Source: a virus (lineage: Duplodnaviria > Caudoviricetes). Taken from it: a DNA stretch of 64,000 nucleotides. Where the stretch lies: the IMG/VR virus record IMGVR_UViG_3300024229_000651. One strand, written 5' to 3'. The notes under the pieces were generated by a model that searched no databases, had not been told where the DNA came from, and saw only the letters and a list, made by a program, of their open reading frames with translations. Position numbers and translations under genes: made by a program. This document shows, piece after piece, positions 40,493 to 50,216 of this stretch. Numbering within the stretch: the first letter of the stretch is position 1; the number at the start of each line of letters is the position of its first letter.

Positions 40493-41197
40493 ATGGATAA
40501 AATCCATTCAGATAACTGGGCTAACTATGTGAAGTTTGTATCCAAATTAGTAGATCCTATAGACATGAACGGCAAAGTTTTGTTAGAGATCGCTCCTGGA
40601 GAATGCTCGTATTTCCGATTGTTTGCAGACAGCGGGCTTGCAAAATATATAGGTGTTGAACCTAATAACAGCTGGCTTCTGACTGCAAAGAAACGATTGG
40701 AATACGTTAATGCGGCCACGGAATACGAATTTGTTAATAGTACATACGAAGACTATAAACAAACGTGTCCTGTTGATATTATATACAGCAGTGGCCTAAT
40801 TTATCATCTTGCAAGCCCGTTACATTATTTGGAATACATAGCTAACTGTAATGCAGAGTATATAGTAATAGAGCACACGGGGAATATAGAAGAGGATTAT
40901 CCCCATGTGTTCGACGAGGCCGGCAACTTTAATAATGGGCACATAGGAACAGTGGTTGGCGAACGTGTTAATAATCCAGGCATGCGTTTAAGTGAAGCAC
41001 TAGACGATCCGAACCCAGACAATACTGCAATTGCTAGTAAAAAGGCTATCCCGTTAAATATGCATATTTCATGTCATATGATTGTATGGTGTATGGGGAA
41101 GTTGGGTTATAGGTTAGAAGCATATAGTAACATAGAGACAGGAGAGCGATCTAAAAGTGAAAACTGCGCTATGAGATTTAAACTGGAAAATATATGA
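40493..41197 (+). CDS. Class I SAM-dependent methyltransferase
   Basis: LLEIAPG (motif I), YIGVEP and DII...GLIYHL.SPL. Confidence 0.75.
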   Translation: MDKIHSDNWANYVKFVSKLVDPIDMNGKVLLEIAPGECSYFRLFADSGLAKYIGVEPNNSWLLTAKKRLEYVNAATEYEFVNSTYEDYKQTCPVDIIYSSGLIYHLASPLHYLEYIANCNAEYIVIEHTGNIEEDYPHVFDEAGNFNNGHIGTVVGERVNNPGMRLSEALDDPNPDNTAIASKKAIPLNMHISCHMIVWCMGKLGYRLEAYSNIETGERSKSENCAMRFKLENI

Positions 41198-41976
41198 ATA
41201 TAGATCAGCAAATATTAGATTATATAAACGCTACTTGGGGTGGCGATGAAAAAATGCGAGAGCTAAATGATCAGTATCGCTATACACCTCCTTACCCTAC
41301 ATTAGCACTTAATGATTTTGTACCCAAAGACGTGTCTCAAAAACTGTATGAAGAAAGTATGACTATTCCTGATGAAGACTGGACTACGTTTACTAGAGCT
41401 AACAGTTACATGGAAGAGTGTAAAACATTACGTAATGCGCCAGTAGCTAGGCAACTAGTTAGTGCTTTACACAGCGAGGAGTTTTTACTTTGGTTAAGAA
41501 AGGTATGTGATGTTCCGCATTTACTACCCGATCCTTATTTAACTGGAGCTGGGTATATGAAAAGTTATAAAGGCGACTCTTTAAAAATACACTCAGACTT
41601 TAACTGGAACGAGGAGTGCCAAACACACAGAGCATTAAGTTTAATACTTTATTTTACACCAGAATGGGATGAAAGCTGGCACGGTGATTTACAATTTTGG
41701 GATTTTGAAAAGAAAGGAAAAATTGTTAGTTATCCACCTAAGATGGGAAATGCAGTAATATGGAAATATCACAAACGTGGCTTCCATGGACACCCTAACC
41801 CAATTGAATGCCCCGAAGACAAATTTAGAGTAGGATTTAGAGTATTTTATTATATAGCAGATAGTAAGCATGACTGGCGTGATCCTCCGCACAAAAGTTT
41901 ATATTGGTACGACAATGATAAGAATCAACCTTATCATATAGAAACAGAATACGGCCACGGCAAGGTAAAAAAATAA
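41194..41976 (+). CDS. 2OG-Fe(II) oxygenase (prolyl-4-hydroxylase-like)
   Basis: G..LKIHSD (HxD), RALSLILY...W....GDL.FW, distal HGH and a downstream Arg (FRV). Confidence 0.85.
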   Translation: MNIDQQILDYINATWGGDEKMRELNDQYRYTPPYPTLALNDFVPKDVSQKLYEESMTIPDEDWTTFTRANSYMEECKTLRNAPVARQLVSALHSEEFLLWLRKVCDVPHLLPDPYLTGAGYMKSYKGDSLKIHSDFNWNEECQTHRALSLILYFTPEWDESWHGDLQFWDFEKKGKIVSYPPKMGNAVIWKYHKRGFHGHPNPIECPEDKFRVGFRVFYYIADSKHDWRDPPHKSLYWYDNDKNQPYHIETEYGHGKVKK

Positions 41977-42962
41977 TGACAGAACCAACTAACTGGACGT
42001 TAGACAACGACTTTAAGCTCCCCGGCGTAGAACCTCATGAAGTAAAGGGTGGGTTTGCCATACAGGATCCTACTGTAACAGCAGCACTGAGCGAGCATTT
42101 ACAAGGCTATGATTGGGCAAAATTTTTAAAAAACGATGGCCGATTAGACGAACTGCAAAAAACTTACATCAACACTTTTACAAATTGGATAGAATCATCT
42201 GTAAATAATAATGTATTGTTAGGGGAGTTCAAACACGCAACAATAACAAACGGTACAAGCGAATCCTTCCAGATGTTTATGCAGAGACATAATCATCGAA
42301 CATTTAAGTTGAGGCGGGGAGAGTTTATGATGCATAAAATTACTGCAAATAACATGAATTTAGATTGGGCTTACCTTTGGGAAACTGAAGAGCAGGAAGG
42401 AATAATGCGTGAGCTTACTCCACACGATGCTGTAATACTAAGTTTGCCTTATAGTAACACCTGCAGTCTAGAATCGATGTATTCAGCAAAACAAATATTA
42501 ACTTGTTGTAATAACCTAAATATCCCAGTGTTGTTAGACCTAGCATATTTCGGAACAACAACAGACATTGAGTTAGACTTAAATGATCCTATTTACAACT
42601 GTGTAGAAGATGTTGTTTTCAGTTTAGGAAAAACGTTTCCGTTGATAGGGGCAAGACCGGGAATCAGGTTTCAGCGGACTGTTACTGATGATGCTGTTTA
42701 TTTTGCTAATCAACATGGCATTGTTAATAACTTTGCATGTGTTGCCGGGGTCTATGCTATGAATAATTTTTCAGCTGATTACACATATAACAAATATGCA
42801 AGCACTGCTGAAGCAGTAGCAAACGCATTAGATGCAACATTGTCTAAGAGTGTGTTGTTCGCAACTAGTCTTATGCCTAGATATGACAGTATAAAACGTG
42901 TAGAGCATGAACCCACGAGACTCTGCATAAGCAATTTAATTACAAGGATACAGAATGACTGA
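41976..42962 (+). CDS. PLP-dependent fold-type-I enzyme (aminotransferase-like)
   Basis: TITNGTSESF, VILSLP, PVLLDLAYF and FSLGK (PLP lysine) followed by ..R.G.R. Confidence 0.7.
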   Translation: MTEPTNWTLDNDFKLPGVEPHEVKGGFAIQDPTVTAALSEHLQGYDWAKFLKNDGRLDELQKTYINTFTNWIESSVNNNVLLGEFKHATITNGTSESFQMFMQRHNHRTFKLRRGEFMMHKITANNMNLDWAYLWETEEQEGIMRELTPHDAVILSLPYSNTCSLESMYSAKQILTCCNNLNIPVLLDLAYFGTTTDIELDLNDPIYNCVEDVVFSLGKTFPLIGARPGIRFQRTVTDDAVYFANQHGIVNNFACVAGVYAMNNFSADYTYNKYASTAEAVANALDATLSKSVLFATSLMPRYDSIKRVEHEPTRLCISNLITRIQND

Positions 42963-44409
42963 CGATACAAACAACGGATCTAATGACGAAAAGCGTCAAC
43001 AGAATATGTTCGGCTACACTTATTGGGATTACGAGTACACAGACTTATTTACTACAGACTATCCTGAATGTGCGCTAATGTGGTCTCATATGAGCAACGA
43101 GCCGGGTGGCACTGTGCGGTCATGTTGCATTGCTACAAATCGTGTTATGGATGATCTAAATAGAGATTTTAATCTAGGTACAACTAATCCTGTAGAAATT
43201 TTAAGATCAAACAACATGGCACAGATGAGAAACAAACTACGCAGTAATCAATTAATTAAAAACTGTGAAACATGTTGGATTGACGAAGCTAACGGTAAAG
43301 AATCTAAACGTCAGAAATATAATCAATATTATAAAAATTGGTATGGTGACAACGGCATAGCATGGCCCGAAGAAGGCACAGAGTATGTAAAGTTGTTAGA
43401 TATGCAATTGATATTTGATAATACATGCAATTTAAAATGTAGAAGTTGTAATGCAAACTACAGTAGTAAGTGGGTTGAAGAAGCAAATGACAGAAAGGTT
43501 CCTTACTGGAAGACTGAGTCTGACATTGACATGATGGATATGGAAAACTCTAAGTTTTGGACAGAGTTTGACATATGGACAAAAGACTTGCAACGTCTAG
43601 AGATCATGGGCGGCGAACCTTTCTATGTAAAAGAGTTTAAAAACTTTGTGGACAAACTTGTAGAGTCCGGGAAGTCACGTGATATTGATTTATCTTTAAG
43701 TACTAACGGAACTATTGTAGATGAAATATTTTTAGATAAGATCGTACAAAACTTTAAACGTGTTTCGTTTAGTATTAGTATAGATGGCATAGGGAAAAGA
43801 TTTGAATATTTAAGGCACCCTGGCAATTGGGATTCAGTGAAGGAAAACTTAGACTATTTTTATAAATTGCATAATAGTGACTACCCTGTTACAATACAAA
43901 TAACACACACAGTAACTTCGCTGAATGTGATGTACATGCCAGAGTTTTACGATTTTTTCGATAAGACGTATCCCACATTTAAAATATGGAATAACATAGC
44001 ACACTTTCCGAAGTGGATAACTGCTAGTGTTCTTCCTGCATTTGCTAAAAAACAAATAACACAATTATTATCAGAACATGATTTTAAATCCTACGCTCAA
44101 GAAATAAATGCGGTAGTGAACTATATGAACACGCCTTTATACGATGAAGGAAGCAGTGTAGATGACAGCCTTAAAAGCAAATTTACACAAGATAAATTAG
44201 ATTTTTTCGATCAACGCAGTATAGAAAAGAAATGGGAAATACATAAAAACCAAATTGTGAGTGGAGATATATACAGAGATGAGAACTTTATTGACACATT
44301 CCCTGAGCTGTATGGCTTAGTTAAAGATTCGTTTGACTACGAAGCAGAGCTTAACGAAGTAAAAGAAAACGGCTGGAAAGTACACAGCACCAGAGACCTT
44401 GTTCAGTGA
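42955..44409 (+). CDS. Radical SAM enzyme #4
   Basis: CNLKCRSC, MGGEP and N-terminal C..MW...SCC...CETCW. Confidence 0.9.
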   Translation: MTDDTNNGSNDEKRQQNMFGYTYWDYEYTDLFTTDYPECALMWSHMSNEPGGTVRSCCIATNRVMDDLNRDFNLGTTNPVEILRSNNMAQMRNKLRSNQLIKNCETCWIDEANGKESKRQKYNQYYKNWYGDNGIAWPEEGTEYVKLLDMQLIFDNTCNLKCRSCNANYSSKWVEEANDRKVPYWKTESDIDMMDMENSKFWTEFDIWTKDLQRLEIMGGEPFYVKEFKNFVDKLVESGKSRDIDLSLSTNGTIVDEIFLDKIVQNFKRVSFSISIDGIGKRFEYLRHPGNWDSVKENLDYFYKLHNSDYPVTIQITHTVTSLNVMYMPEFYDFFDKTYPTFKIWNNIAHFPKWITASVLPAFAKKQITQLLSEHDFKSYAQEINAVVNYMNTPLYDEGSSVDDSLKSKFTQDKLDFFDQRSIEKKWEIHKNQIVSGDIYRDENFIDTFPELYGLVKDSFDYEAELNEVKENGWKVHSTRDLVQ

Positions 44410-45728
44410 GCGAAACAGGCACCGATAAGTTATGCGGTTTACTGTGGGGATCGTTGTGTAACGAACCAGGCGGCACAGTGAGGTCGTGTTGTATCTCAAG
44501 AGAAAAGTTACATGATGCCAACAATAAAAACTTTAATCTTGCGACAACAAATCCACTGAATGTTTTAAAATCTACACAAGCTAAATGGTTAAGGAAAGAA
44601 CTGCTGGCAGGAAGAAAACCACCACAGTGCGATACATGCTGGATCGACGAAGCAAATGGCAAAGAATCCAAAAGACAAATGTACAACGGATTCTTTGATC
44701 AGTGGTATAAGAATCAAGGAACAGTTTGGTCAAACAATATACAAGAAGACGATATAAAACTAATCGATATCCAATTAATATTCGGCAACACATGCAATCT
44801 AAAATGCAGAAGTTGTAATCCTAACTATAGTAGTAAGTGGGTTGAGGAAGCTGCTGATAGGAATTTTGCAGAGCAGTTTGGCATTGACCGTGATGTAATA
44901 GACATGAATGATCCTGAGAATTCTAAATTTTGGACAGAGTTTGACGAATGGACTGCACACTTAGGCCGAATAGAAATAATGGGCGGTGAGCCTTTTTATG
45001 TAAAAGAATTTAGAAATTTCATAAACAAGCTAATAGATTCTGATAGGGCTCGGCATATTGAGCTTTCTTTAAGCACCAACGGCACAATACTTGACAAAGA
45101 ATTTTTAAATAAGATAATTAACAATTTTAAAGAAGTTGCGTTTAGTGTTAGCATTGACGGCATACATAGCAAGTTCGAGTACTTACGTAATCCTGCAAAG
45201 TGGAGTGAAGTAAAAGATAATCTAGATTACTTTTATAAAATACACACAGACGAAAATTACCCTGTAGTTATACAAATCACACATACTGTAACGGCACTGA
45301 ATATAATGAGCCTAGGAGAGTTCCATAATTATTTCGAGACACATTACCCTGAGTTCCACATATGGGATAATGTTGCACACTATCCTAAATGGTTAACACC
45401 TAGTGTGTTACCTAATTATGTTAAAAAACATATAACAGACAGTCTAGGAAAAACTAATTTTAATAATGCATCGGAGATTCAATCGATAATTAATTATATG
45501 AACACTGAATTATACACAGGCGAGACAGCACCACACGAAACTGTAGAAGTAAAATGGCAAACATTTAAAGATCAGACTGTTAGTGCAGATAAGTATAGAG
45601 GAGAAGATTTTAGAAATGTTTTCCCAGACTTGTGGGACTTAATACAACATGAATTCGATTACTCTGCAATACTTTCGAGTATAAACAATAACGGGTACCA
45701 TAGCTATGGCCCAGGGGAATTTTCATAA
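44406..45728 (+). CDS. Radical SAM enzyme #5 (close tandem paralogue of #4)
   Basis: GTG start (GTGA overlap) and CNLKCRSC. Shares GGTVRSCCI, CWIDEANGKESKRQ and EIMGGEPFYVKEF exactly with #4. Confidence 0.9.
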   Translation: MSETGTDKLCGLLWGSLCNEPGGTVRSCCISREKLHDANNKNFNLATTNPLNVLKSTQAKWLRKELLAGRKPPQCDTCWIDEANGKESKRQMYNGFFDQWYKNQGTVWSNNIQEDDIKLIDIQLIFGNTCNLKCRSCNPNYSSKWVEEAADRNFAEQFGIDRDVIDMNDPENSKFWTEFDEWTAHLGRIEIMGGEPFYVKEFRNFINKLIDSDRARHIELSLSTNGTILDKEFLNKIINNFKEVAFSVSIDGIHSKFEYLRNPAKWSEVKDNLDYFYKIHTDENYPVVIQITHTVTALNIMSLGEFHNYFETHYPEFHIWDNVAHYPKWLTPSVLPNYVKKHITDSLGKTNFNNASEIQSIINYMNTELYTGETAPHETVEVKWQTFKDQTVSADKYRGEDFRNVFPDLWDLIQHEFDYSAILSSINNNGYHSYGPGEFS

Positions 45729-46972
45729 TGACAGACACATATTGCCCTTTACCTTGGCAGCATTTGGCAACACATCCTCATGGTGGAGTAACACTGTGCT
45801 GTATAAGCGATCATACAGATGGCTTAAACAGAGCAAGGAATTTTAAACAAGACTACGACGAGTTTTTAGATTTAAACAAGCAAGATATTAATAGCTTGAT
45901 GAACAGCGACTACTATAAAGAAGTTCGCACACAAATGTTAAATAATGAAAAGCCTAAAGCATGCATGAGATGTTATGATGAAGAAGCTAAGGGCATAAAG
46001 AGTAAGAGACAACATGAGAAAACAATATTTCCATCGTACGACAGCAATTATGCATCCAAACTTACTAATGCGGATGGGAGCATACCTATGGACCTTCGTT
46101 TTGTTGAGCTTCGTCTTGGCAACGTATGTAACGTTCGGTGCCGTACATGCAATCCTGCAAGCAGTAGTAAATGGCTTGAAGACTATAAAGACATTGTGGA
46201 GAAAGCTGACTTTGTCAACAAAGGTTACTTAGGACTTGACTTCCCTGGAGATTTTAAGTGGGCCGAAGACGATAACTTTTATGACGACTTATATGACTCT
46301 GCGCCTAATCTAGAAGTAATTTATATCAACGGCGGCGAGCCTACATTAATAAAACAGCATTGGACATATTTAAAAAAATTAGTTGCAAGTGGCAGAAGCA
46401 AGGATATTATACTATGGTATAACATTAACTGTACTATGCTTCCTCCTATAGCATTAGAACTTTGGCCTCACTTTAAAGAAGCAAGAATATGTTTAAGCAT
46501 TGATGACTTAGATGATAGGAATGCGTTTATAAGAACGAATACAAATTGGAACGCTGTATTAAAAACTATAGATACATTATTACCACTACAGGATAAATTA
46601 ACATTACGAATTACACAAACAGTGAGTGCTTATAATTATGCTACATTGCCTGAGTTTTTTAAATGGGCAGATAGCATTGGGGTAGAAGTTGATATGAACT
46701 TCGTGTATGATCCCGATTACCTAAGTCCTGGAGTTATACCTCCTAAGGCAAGAGAGTTGATACATACAGAATTTAGACAAGCATTAGGCAATGATCATAA
46801 ATTAAGCACGTTACTTAGTATGTTTAATAACGAAGACTGGGATGAATTAAAGTGGGAACAGTTTTGCCGCTTTAACGATTTACTAGACAATAACGATAAC
46901 AGCGAATGGAGAAGTACATTTACAAAGTTAGTAGATGTAGTAGATGCAAGTGGATATACTAGCATTTACTAG
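45728..46972 (+). CDS. Radical SAM enzyme #6
   Basis: CNVRCRTC, NGGEP and N-terminal CPLPW...LCC...CMRC. Confidence 0.9.
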   Translation: MTDTYCPLPWQHLATHPHGGVTLCCISDHTDGLNRARNFKQDYDEFLDLNKQDINSLMNSDYYKEVRTQMLNNEKPKACMRCYDEEAKGIKSKRQHEKTIFPSYDSNYASKLTNADGSIPMDLRFVELRLGNVCNVRCRTCNPASSSKWLEDYKDIVEKADFVNKGYLGLDFPGDFKWAEDDNFYDDLYDSAPNLEVIYINGGEPTLIKQHWTYLKKLVASGRSKDIILWYNINCTMLPPIALELWPHFKEARICLSIDDLDDRNAFIRTNTNWNAVLKTIDTLLPLQDKLTLRITQTVSAYNYATLPEFFKWADSIGVEVDMNFVYDPDYLSPGVIPPKARELIHTEFRQALGNDHKLSTLLSMFNNEDWDELKWEQFCRFNDLLDNNDNSEWRSTFTKLVDVVDASGYTSIY

Positions 46973-47714
46973 ACCCAAGTTAGTACTATTAAGATGTCTG
47001 ATGCACATCGGATTAGCTACGGCATTAGTTATTGGTCCAACTAATTATTTGTGGGTAAGTCTCGCTGTGTACGTTTGGTTTGCAAGTATAGGAAATAGTA
47101 TAGGGCAACATAGATACTTTGCGCACAAAACTTTTACGACAAGCAAGTTTTGGGAAAATATTCTATTAATAAGTGCAACATTAGCCAGCGTTAGTAGTGT
47201 GTTCGGATACATTGTTACACATAGGGAACACCATAAGTACACAGATGAAAACAAAGACCCGCATAGCCCGCACCACATGACATTGTGGCAAAGCTGGACT
47301 TTGGATTTAACAGACACAGGAAGATGGGACTTAAGAAATGCAAAGGATTGGATCAGGCACAACGGTGTAATGAATACTCATAAATATTTCTTTGCTTATA
47401 TATTGACCTATGTTATAATACTTGCTGTAATAGATCCCTTGTTAATAATCTATGCATATCTAGTTCCGGCAAGTCTGTGCGTGTTTGCAACCGGAGCATT
47501 TAATACATGGGGACACGGAAAAGGCTTAAAGTTTTTAGGCTATAGAACATGGAGCACAAACGACAAGAGCGTTAATCATCATTTAGTTAATCTCATAACA
47601 CTAGGAGAAGGATGGCACAATAACCATCATTCGAAACCAGGCAATTGGTACCAGGGTGAAAAGTGGTGGGAGTGGGATTTTAACGGACGGGTAATACAAT
47701 TAATAAAACACTGA
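46944..47714 (+). CDS. Membrane acyl-lipid/acyl-CoA desaturase (Delta-9-like)
   Basis: Three His boxes HRYFAH, HREHH...DPHSP and GEGWHNNHH, with hydrophobic transmembrane-like stretches. Confidence 0.92.
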   Translation: MQVDILAFTRPKLVLLRCLMHIGLATALVIGPTNYLWVSLAVYVWFASIGNSIGQHRYFAHKTFTTSKFWENILLISATLASVSSVFGYIVTHREHHKYTDENKDPHSPHHMTLWQSWTLDLTDTGRWDLRNAKDWIRHNGVMNTHKYFFAYILTYVIILAVIDPLLIIYAYLVPASLCVFATGAFNTWGHGKGLKFLGYRTWSTNDKSVNHHLVNLITLGEGWHNNHHSKPGNWYQGEKWWEWDFNGRVIQLIKH

Positions 47715-47722
47715 AATACAAT

Positions 47723-48916
47723 TTGAAAAGAAAGTTTACAGTTCATTTTGAATTAACTAGCACTTGTCAAGCCGCATGTCCTAACTGTGCAAGAAATGTA
47801 GGCGGGGTCGAGTTACCTTGGTTGGGGAAAACAGAACTAAGATTACCTGATGTCAAAAAAATACTACAAGGTACACAACTAGTAAAACAAAGCGATATAC
47901 TATACTGTGGTACACACGGTGACCCGGCTGCTGCTAAAGACCTATTGCCGATAATTGAATGGATACAAGATCAGCCGTACGAAGCAGGAAATAAAAGACG
48001 ACAACAGATTAATACAAACGGCGGTCTGCGTGATAAAGATTTTTGGAATAGATTAGGAAAACATTTTAATAAACAGCACGACCGCGGACACGTTGTATTC
48101 AGTATAGACGGATTAGAAGATACAAATCATATATACAGAAAAGGAGTCAGCTGGTCTCGTGTGTGGGAAAATTTAAATGCATACGTTAATGCAGGCGGCG
48201 AAGCAGTTTGGGACTATCTCGTGTTTGGTCATAACAAACATCAAGTCGATGAAGCTGAACGTATTGCTAAAAGCATGGGTATAACATTTGTAAAAAAAAG
48301 ACCGCACGGTTTCGATCAAACAGCAGGACAACTAGATAGCGAACAACATATGCACACATACGATACGAATGGAAACTATGAGTACAGTATTTCTAAGGAT
48401 ACTGATGTGGTATACTTTGAAGAAGAAGAAAACAGTAAGCCCGGTGCTAATTTGAGTCGTGTGCAGAATAGTGGTATAACACTTACAGAAAAAGAAAACA
48501 ACTATAGCAAAGAATCGAAAATACGATGTAAGAGTTTAAGTAGAGGAACAGACCGAACAGTTTTTAGTCAGGATATTTATGTCAAAAGTGACGGACATTT
48601 GTTGCCCTGTTGTCACATGGATGTGGTTACAACAACAAACTCTTATAATTTTGGCCATCAACAAATGAAAGATACTGTCGCCGGCATATATAACATGTTA
48701 GATGTAGTTAACAACGATATAGACAAGATGATCGAAAGCGATACATTTAAAAAAACATTTTTCGATACACAAATTTTAGAATCTGCCGAGGAAGGCAAAC
48801 CTATGTTTTGTGTTGATACTTGCGGCGGCAACACGCCAAGGGATATGTTATTCACGGCACATCAAGACAGTAACAATGCCACAGCAACTAAACTATCAAA
48901 ATTATTAGGATTATAA
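47723..48916 (+). CDS. Radical SAM enzyme #7 with conventional C-terminal twitch/SPASM domain
   Basis: TTG start, CQAACPNC near the N-terminus, GDP motif, and C-terminal C...IYV..DG.LLPCC...C..TC. Confidence 0.85.
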   Translation: MKRKFTVHFELTSTCQAACPNCARNVGGVELPWLGKTELRLPDVKKILQGTQLVKQSDILYCGTHGDPAAAKDLLPIIEWIQDQPYEAGNKRRQQINTNGGLRDKDFWNRLGKHFNKQHDRGHVVFSIDGLEDTNHIYRKGVSWSRVWENLNAYVNAGGEAVWDYLVFGHNKHQVDEAERIAKSMGITFVKKRPHGFDQTAGQLDSEQHMHTYDTNGNYEYSISKDTDVVYFEEEENSKPGANLSRVQNSGITLTEKENNYSKESKIRCKSLSRGTDRTVFSQDIYVKSDGHLLPCCHMDVVTTTNSYNFGHQQMKDTVAGIYNMLDVVNNDIDKMIESDTFKKTFFDTQILESAEEGKPMFCVDTCGGNTPRDMLFTAHQDSNNATATKLSKLLGL

Positions 48917-48917
48917 C

Positions 48918-50216
48918 ATGAGCGAAACAAACATAACACTACAGGAAATTAAGGAGCTAGCCGAAGGAGAAGCGTTCTGCATATTACCTTGGATACACAT
49001 GCATCCGTGGCCAGATGGTAGAGTATTCACTTGTTGTTTAAGCGAACACGATTCCCCGATTGGTAACCTAAATGAAATGGATCTCGACGAGTGTTATAAT
49101 AGCGACACTATGAAGCAGTTTAGATTAGACATGTTAAATAATAAGAAGGTGTCCAATTGTAACAGGTGTTACGAGTTAGAAGAGCTGGGACACGATACAT
49201 TGCGAAAAAGAAGCAATGGCGAGTTCGTACAGGAACGCTATAATCTACATGAGTCTAAAGCAGACGTTGTACAGCAAACAAACGAAGACGGCAGTGTAGA
49301 CAAAGTTAACCTCACATATGTAGATATTCGTTTTAGTAATATATGTAATATGCGATGCAGAACATGCGGACCAGACCTAAGCAGTCAGTGGTTCGAAGAT
49401 GCTGTTGACAGTAAGTATAATAGAACCCCAGAGCAAAAAATCCTACAAATACGGAAAGGTAATACAGCATTTATGGAGCAGTTCGACCCGTACTTGGATA
49501 CTGTTGAAAAAATATATTGGGCTGGCGGCGAACCACTCATAATGGATGAACACTGGTACATAATGAACAAACTTGTGGAGTTAGGCAAAGGTACTGCTGG
49601 AAGCCCGTTGAGAATTTTTTATAATACAAACTTTAGCAAATTAACATACAAAGACTTCGATGCTATAGAATTATGGAAGAATTTTGATAATCTCAGTATC
49701 GGTGCTAGTTTAGATGCGTCAGGCAAAAAAGCAGAATACTTGCGCAAGGGTACTAAATGGTCCGAGACTCTTGACAATAGATGGCGTGTTAGAGATGAAC
49801 TAAAACAACACGACTTCAATATCAGTTGTACAGTAAGTATGTTTAACGTGTTAGACGTATGTGATTTTTATAGAGAGATGTGTGACATAGGCTTTATAGA
49901 GCCTAAAGACTTTGGTGTAAACATTTTATTGGGTAAATCCATACACAGAGCAACTGTGTTACCTAAGCACATGAGAGAAGAAGCACAACGGCGAATAGAA
50001 GAAACCCTCGACTGGATTGACGGACAGGATCCTGTAGGTCGAGTGACAGATACATTTAAGAGTTTACATCAGTTCCTGGACGGCGATGATAGTGACAAGT
50101 TAGCAGACAGTATGGCCGAAGCAAAAGAAATGGATCGATTCAGAGACGAAACATTGTTTGACGTTTTTCCTGAGTTAGAAGAACTACGTCCTATTTACGA
50201 GGCAGCAGATGAGTAA
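48918..50216 (+). CDS. Radical SAM enzyme #8
   Basis: CNMRCRTC, AGGEP and N-terminal CILPW...DG....CC...CNRC. Confidence 0.9.
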   Translation: MSETNITLQEIKELAEGEAFCILPWIHMHPWPDGRVFTCCLSEHDSPIGNLNEMDLDECYNSDTMKQFRLDMLNNKKVSNCNRCYELEELGHDTLRKRSNGEFVQERYNLHESKADVVQQTNEDGSVDKVNLTYVDIRFSNICNMRCRTCGPDLSSQWFEDAVDSKYNRTPEQKILQIRKGNTAFMEQFDPYLDTVEKIYWAGGEPLIMDEHWYIMNKLVELGKGTAGSPLRIFYNTNFSKLTYKDFDAIELWKNFDNLSIGASLDASGKKAEYLRKGTKWSETLDNRWRVRDELKQHDFNISCTVSMFNVLDVCDFYREMCDIGFIEPKDFGVNILLGKSIHRATVLPKHMREEAQRRIEETLDWIDGQDPVGRVTDTFKSLHQFLDGDDSDKLADSMAEAKEMDRFRDETLFDVFPELEELRPIYEAADE

